From Nostoc sp. (GTDB taxonomy: Bacteria; Cyanobacteriota; Cyanobacteriia; Cyanobacteriales; Nostocaceae): DNA of 64,000 nt. Made by a program: the position numbers and the translations under genes. The notes beneath the pieces are model-generated. The model did no database searches. It saw only the letters and a program-made list of their open reading frames with translations, and was not told the DNA's origin. This document shows, piece by piece, positions 59,180 to 64,000 of this stretch. Position 1 is the stretch's first letter. Each line of letters opens with the position of its first letter. Location: contig JBALDB010000008.1 of assembly GCA_036918135.1 (NCBI GenBank), forward strand, positions 64,001 to 128,000. Reading direction: 5' to 3'.

Positions 59180-59298
59180 TTTCTTAGATAATGTTTTAAA
59201 AATACACCAGTTCTGGACTTCAGGCAGAGAAGGAAGATAGGGTAGAAAAATTGCTTGCTTATCTTCCTCATTCCCTTCATTCAGAAGAGACGATAGTT

Positions 59299-60555
59299 TT
59301 AATTTTCAACACTTGTAGGAGAGGAAGAATAACTTCCCAAATCTTCTATTAACCGTACTCCAAATACTATTACGCTTACTATTTGAGACAAGACGAAAGC
59401 CAACCACAACAAATGGTTACTGTGAAAATACCAGGCAGATATAGCTATCGGCGCAAAACCTACCCCCAAGGAAACTAAAGCAGAGTCACGCAAGGTTTTC
59501 CCTTCAGTTAATCCAATAAAGTACCCTTCTAGTATGAGACTAATTGCACAAAATCCCTGACAAGGTAATAACCAGAATAAATAATTAACGATATTTTCAG
59601 TCATCTCAGTATGGTTAGTTAACAGCCCAAATATATTTTCTGGAAAAACAATATATAAAATAGCAACAGGAACTGAAAGGAATATGCTACTTATTACACC
59701 AATCATAATTAGGGGTTTTAACTGCTCCGAAGCTCCCTGACCTTTAAAGTTTCCAGTTAAGCTTTGGATAGCATATCCTACTCCTTGAACAATAAACATA
59801 TTGAAAAATGCTGCCTGAATTAGTACGCTATTTTCAGCTAGCGTATCTGTTCCCATTGCGGAACTCAATTCCGTGAAAATCGAGAAAGTAGAAATTACAG
59901 CCAAACTCTTAATTAACATGTTTCCATTTAGCTTAAAAATGGCTTTGATGGCTGACCAATCTAAAACTTTTTGGCTTAGTGTTGATATTAATGACCAGTC
60001 AATATGAAAACACGCTATAACCAAACCTACTAATAATGCTAAATACTGACTCATTGCTGTAGTTAAGCCAGCACCAGTACTTCCCCAACTCCAGCGAATA
60101 ATAAAGAAGTAGTCCAACACTACATTAGTTAAGCTTTCTATTACAGACAATAGCACCACAAAGCCATTCATTTCTCGTCCAAAAAACCAACCGACTAGGA
60201 CAAAGTTGAGTAAAACCGCAGGCGCTCCCCAAATACGAGCCTGGAAATAGTCAAGACCTGCATTTTTTACCTCTGTTGTACCTACTAAGAAGGTAAACCC
60301 CAGTTGTTGTAAGGGGTAATGAAGAATCAGGATCAGTGTACCGATACTTAAAGCAATTAGACCATTCCGCAGTAAAACTAATAGTATAGCTTCTTGATTG
60401 TTTGCTCCCACAGCTTGTGCTGTCATACCATTGCTAGAGGAGCGTAAGAAATTCAAAACTTTGTATAAATAGCTAAAGAGAATTGTGGCTAAGGAAACTC
60501 CTGCTAAGTAACGGATGTCAGGTAAATGCCCTAGAAAAGCTAAGTCTATTAAACT
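59299..60555 (-). pseudogene. MATE (DinF-like) efflux transporter lacking its native N-terminus
   Basis: Homology begins abruptly at SLIDLAFLGHL..LAGVSLA, which normally follows a first TM helix; the upstream sequence belongs to a methyltransferase in another frame. Confidence 0.75.
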
Positions 60556-60769
60556 CAAAAACTTGTTCGGCAATAATCAAATCAAAATTTTCAGGTAAGG
60601 GTGCAGAGCAAATATCATATTCTGGATAGTTAATATTTTTGTAGTTTTGGAAGCCAAACCTCTGCCAAGTACTTCCCGAAATTTCCAATACTCGCCATTT
60701 TTGGTACGGCAAATTCTCTAATAAGTTTGCCGTTTTACGATTCATTATAACTCGACTCCAAGTCAACAT
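60554..60769 (-). pseudogene. 5' fragment of a class I SAM methyltransferase
   Basis: MLTWSRVIMNR...VLEISG...YPEYDIC...FDLIIAEQVFE, then cut off where EH and the rest of the fold are expected. Confidence 0.7.
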
Positions 60770-60783
60770 CTGATTAAATACCT

Positions 60784-61065
60784 TCACTTTTTCAAGATAT
60801 AAACAGTTGGACAAACCTTGCCCAAAATCTGGTAAATTGCCCACAAATATGCTGCATAGCTTGCCTCATAATATTCTTTACCACACGCGTGAATTAACTC
60901 TTTTTTACGCCTTCTCATACGGGACAAATATAGCAGCGTTTCCAGTAGTTCTGTTTCTCCATTCTCAATTGCATACTCTCGCCATTCACTACCAACTAGC
61001 AGATAGTTGTGACGCTGCTTAATAAATCCTCAAACTTGGAAAAAATCTTCAGTAGTTTCAAACAT
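60784..61065 (-). pseudogene. Internally deleted/nonsense gene remnant of unknown family
   Basis: ATG overlaps the glycosyltransferase stop; MFETTEDFFQV*GFIKQRHNYLLVGSEWREYA...YLWAIYQILGKVCPTVYILKK* with in-frame TGA at 61030-61032. Confidence 0.45.
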
Positions 61066-62278
61066 ATAAACCGCTACTCCTATATTTAAAATCTAAAATT
61101 TTATCTACTGCTTTTTTAGTACCACCTGCTGCAATCAAAGAATTGCCTAATAGTTCGACGTTATTGCGAATTTGTGCATTTTGTATTATATTTTCGGTAA
61201 GCGATCGCAATTTATTCAGTTCAATATTTTTCTGTCTTACCCATACTCCTGCGCCTAATTGTTCTAGACGATGAGCAACTAAATATTGATCTCCTCCTTG
61301 GGGAAATATAATCAGTGGAACTTTGTTAATTAGTCCTTCCCAAACACTATTTGTACCTCCATAAGTGATAAACACCTAAGCGTGCTGAAGCACTTGCATT
61401 TGCGGTAGATAATTACTGATAATAAAGTTAGGCGGAATCTCTCCCAATGCAGTAATATCTACAGATTTGCCCACAGACATCACTACAGTATACTCACTAT
61501 CCTCAAAAGCTTGTAAACATCGCTGATAAAAAGAAGTTTTCAAATTATAAATTGTTACTGAACCTAGTGAAATATAAATAACTGATTTTTTATCAATTTT
61601 TTGGAAGTTAAAACTAGGTTCGATTGCTCTCTCACTGTAACAAGGGCCTGTAAAAATATAACTATCATCAAACTTGGAACGTTGCATCTGAAAAACTTCA
61701 GAAGTATAGACGATATTTAAATCTCCCCGCAGATTCATCGAATTCGGTTGCAGCTGAAACACATCTGCTTTATTGATGCGTTTCATCGCATATTTTTGGG
61801 TTAATTGCTGCCAAAGTTGGTTGTGTCGGTAGAACCTTTGCAGATGTTTAGTAATATCGTTCAGGGGATAGGCTGCTAATAGTAGTGACAATGGTGGCAA
61901 AAAGTGAGGCGGTAACAGAAAATTTGTATGGAAGCAAACAGTAGGAATATTTAGTAAGTCAGCAGGGATAGCAGCCCACAAACATTTAGCATGAAAAATT
62001 ACTAATTTCGGGCGATCGCGTTCCAACTTTTCTAATAAAATTGGTACAGCATCTAAGCAGTATTCTATCAATCGCGATTGCAGAGTCGGGTCTGGAGATA
62101 CTGATTTCATAGTGGGGAGTGGCTGAAATCTAGCACCTGCTAACTCGATTTTGTCTTGAAATTCTTCAAAGTAATAATAGTCTACTTTTTCTCCCCGTAA
62201 ACCTAATTCTTGAATTAACCCCAAAGTAGTATCAATGCGGGTATAACTAGGAAGATCGAAAAAAGCAACATCGACCAT
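61058..62278 (-). pseudogene. MGT/GT1 (macrolide-type) glycosyltransferase split by in-frame TAG at 61376-61378
   Basis: IYISLGS...YLPQMQVLQHA*VFITYGGTNSVWEGL...VPLIIFPQGGDQ: the UDPGT signature spans the stop and both ORFs are in one frame. Confidence 0.85.
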
Positions 62279-62298
62279 AATAGTAAGTTTGGCAGAAA

Positions 62299-62991
62299 TT
62301 AAGCTAGTTTTAAAGCTTGGGAAATAAAGTCAATGTGGGGAGCTTTTTGTGCCATACCTATCCCTACGTGTGTTCCATCTATGCCTTCGTTGACAACTGA
62401 ATTTATAGACCAATCAATTTTTTCTCCAATGTGTTTATTAGCGCCAAAAGCCATTTCTGTAAGACTTAAATCTCTTTCTAAGTTATAAGTCATATCCAAT
62501 AATATAGAGGTTTCATCTTGACCGTCTATTATTAGTTGAGTTATGGCATTATCTTCTATTTGCAGATATTTTTCTTGACTGGATACGACCTTATCTGTGA
62601 GATATTTTAAAGGTTTCCAGTTATTTTCTTTTGTTTCTTGGGTTGTAGTCTGCGATAATATACCATCGAAATAGAAAATTCCATTTACAGAAAAGCTTGA
62701 TTTATTTGCTTTCGTATTGACTACTGAACTTTCCCAAAACTCAGCAACAGAGTAAAACCATCCTGCTTCAAGTTCTACATCAGCATTAGCTATTTCTATA
62801 CTTTCACTCAATTGGCAATTTAGTTTACTTCCTCTAGAGTCTAATAAGTATAATTCGCTTTTTATGTCAGCTATTTTATCGTATAAAATATCACGAATTT
62901 CTAACGCTTGCTGAATATCACCGGATATTAACTGGTTAAATGAATATTGAATTGCAGCTAAACTACCATCAAAATGGAATTTAATTACCAA
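62299..62991 (-). pseudogene. M29 aminopeptidase-fold, CgnB/CgnE-like paralog 2, 5'-truncated
   Basis: EMAFGAN, NEG..GTHVGIG...HIDF metal-site pattern; aligns to paralog 1 only from about its residue 88. Confidence 0.6.
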
Positions 62992-63788
62992 TTAACATTT
63001 TTTGCAATAGTTTTGTTACAACCAAAGCCTATCTCAGTACAACTCAAATTCCGCTCTAAACCGTAATTCATCTCTAGTAGTATGGAAGTGCGATCGCTAC
63101 TATCCAATACTAGACAAGTGATAGCATTATCTTTAATCTCAACATATTTTTCCTGACTGGAAGCTACCCGTTCGAGTAGATATGTCAGAGCATCTTGGTT
63201 GCGTTCTCTAACATCTGGGTTTGCACAAGCATATACTATTCCATCAAAAAAGAAAGTACCCTCGACTGAAAAACTTGATTTATCGCTTTGAATATTTACT
63301 ATCCCACTTTCTAATATTTCTGATATTGAATAAAACCATCCTGGTTCTAGCTCATCATCAGTATTTACAACTTCTAAATTTTCTGAGAGGAAGCAGTTAA
63401 GCTTACTTCCTTTATCATCAAATAAATACAATTCTTCTTCTGTCTCAGCAATTTGCTCATAAACTTGAGTTCTGAGTTCTAACACTTGTCTAAAATTACA
63501 AGAGAGAAGCTGCTCGAAAGAATAAGCGACTGCAAGCTGATTTGGATCGTATCTTATCACTAGCAAATGGATGAGTGTGCTTGCAGATGTATTCGATTTT
63601 ACGATCTCATCGTGATAATGGTAATCCGAAATTATAGCAAATACTGTTTGTTGAGCAGTGAAGTCATAATTATCAAATAAAACTGTCTGATATCCCTGTT
63701 CTCGAAAATAAGAACCAATTTGATCGCTGTCAATCAGGATAGGAATTTTTTTATTGAGTAAAGCCTGATGAAAATTTATAATGTGCAT
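62985..63788 (-). pseudogene. M29 aminopeptidase-fold, CgnB/CgnE-like paralog 1, 3'-truncated
   Basis: Shares GSKLNC.LSE..E..N.D.ELE.GWFYS..E..ES..VN....KSSFSV.G.F.FDG with paralog 2 and stops at VNW* before the NEG/H/HxD segment; ATG 63788 is the likely start. Confidence 0.6.
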
Positions 63789-63837
63789 TGTATTAAAAAC
63801 AGTAATCTCAATTGAGATACCCAATTAAGAATATAAT

Positions 63838-63864
63838 GTAGAGACGGAATATATCCCGTCTCTA
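63838..63864. repeat. REP-like hairpin
   Basis: tagagacgg-aatatatc-ccgtctcta. Confidence 0.6.
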
Positions 63865-63877
63865 TAATCGACAATTT

Positions 63878-64000
63878 TTAGAGTTTAACTTGTGACAAAT
63901 GACTGCGGGGATTATATGTACGTATAGCCCGGATTTTTTCATAATATTCCCGCTCTTGTTGGCTGAGGTCTTTTGGTGGTACGATCGCTACCTTCACCAA
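63878..64000 (-). CDS. 3' end of a DnaJ/CbpA-type co-chaperone (partial)
   Basis: LVKVAIVPPKDLSQQEREYYEKIRAIRTYNPRSHLSQVKL* resembles a DnaJ_C terminus; not in the ORF track. Confidence 0.7.
   Translation of the reverse strand: MVKVAIVPPKDLSQQEREYYEKIRAIRTYNPRSHLSQVKL

Noticed and set aside
59180..59298. Short minus-strand ORF (MRKISKQFFYP...) as a RiPP precursor
   Set aside because: No recognisable leader or core and no C-terminal Trp; likely a chance ORF in a purine/pyrimidine-skewed spacer.
59299..60573. Guanitoxin cluster, because the MATE resembles cyanobacterial GntT-type transporters
   Set aside because: No PLP enzymes, hydroxylases or kinase of that pathway are present, and this MATE type is widespread.

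Overview
64 kb of a heterocyst-forming-type cyanobacterial chromosome (Nostoc-like: frequent HIP1 GCGATCGC octamers, STRR 7/9-mer repeats, MITE/SDR-like intergenic elements). Housekeeping blocks include hpnP (partial, missed by the ORF track), rpiA, inrS-like, lptC, metG, pepA, plsX-fabH-fabD and a dnaJ-type 3' end. Five accessory pieces stand out. (i) A two-subunit NHLP-type bacteriocin exporter with a CNNM/CBS gene between the subunits and no HlyD or precursor gene. (ii) A ~2.2 kb phage/plasmid-like remnant at 16.35-18.56 kb carrying a TGT/DpdA-like transglycosylase with a C-terminal putative DNA-binding tail, bracketed by two paralogous Cys/His mini-proteins, plus operator-like and arm-like repeats. 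(iii) A single ORF fusing a GT2 glycosyltransferase, an internal signal peptide, a TPS/haemagglutinin passenger and a CHAT protease, divergent from a TpsB gene. (iv) An AT-rich pair encoding TIR-TM-WD40 and a peptidoglycan-binding papain-like protease. (v) A decaying RiPP-like cluster at 59.3-63.8 kb (two CgnB/CgnE-like M29-fold paralogs, MGT glycosyltransferase, methyltransferase fragments, MATE) with visible deletion junctions and nonsense codons. All family calls come from motifs recognised by eye; no database searches were run.
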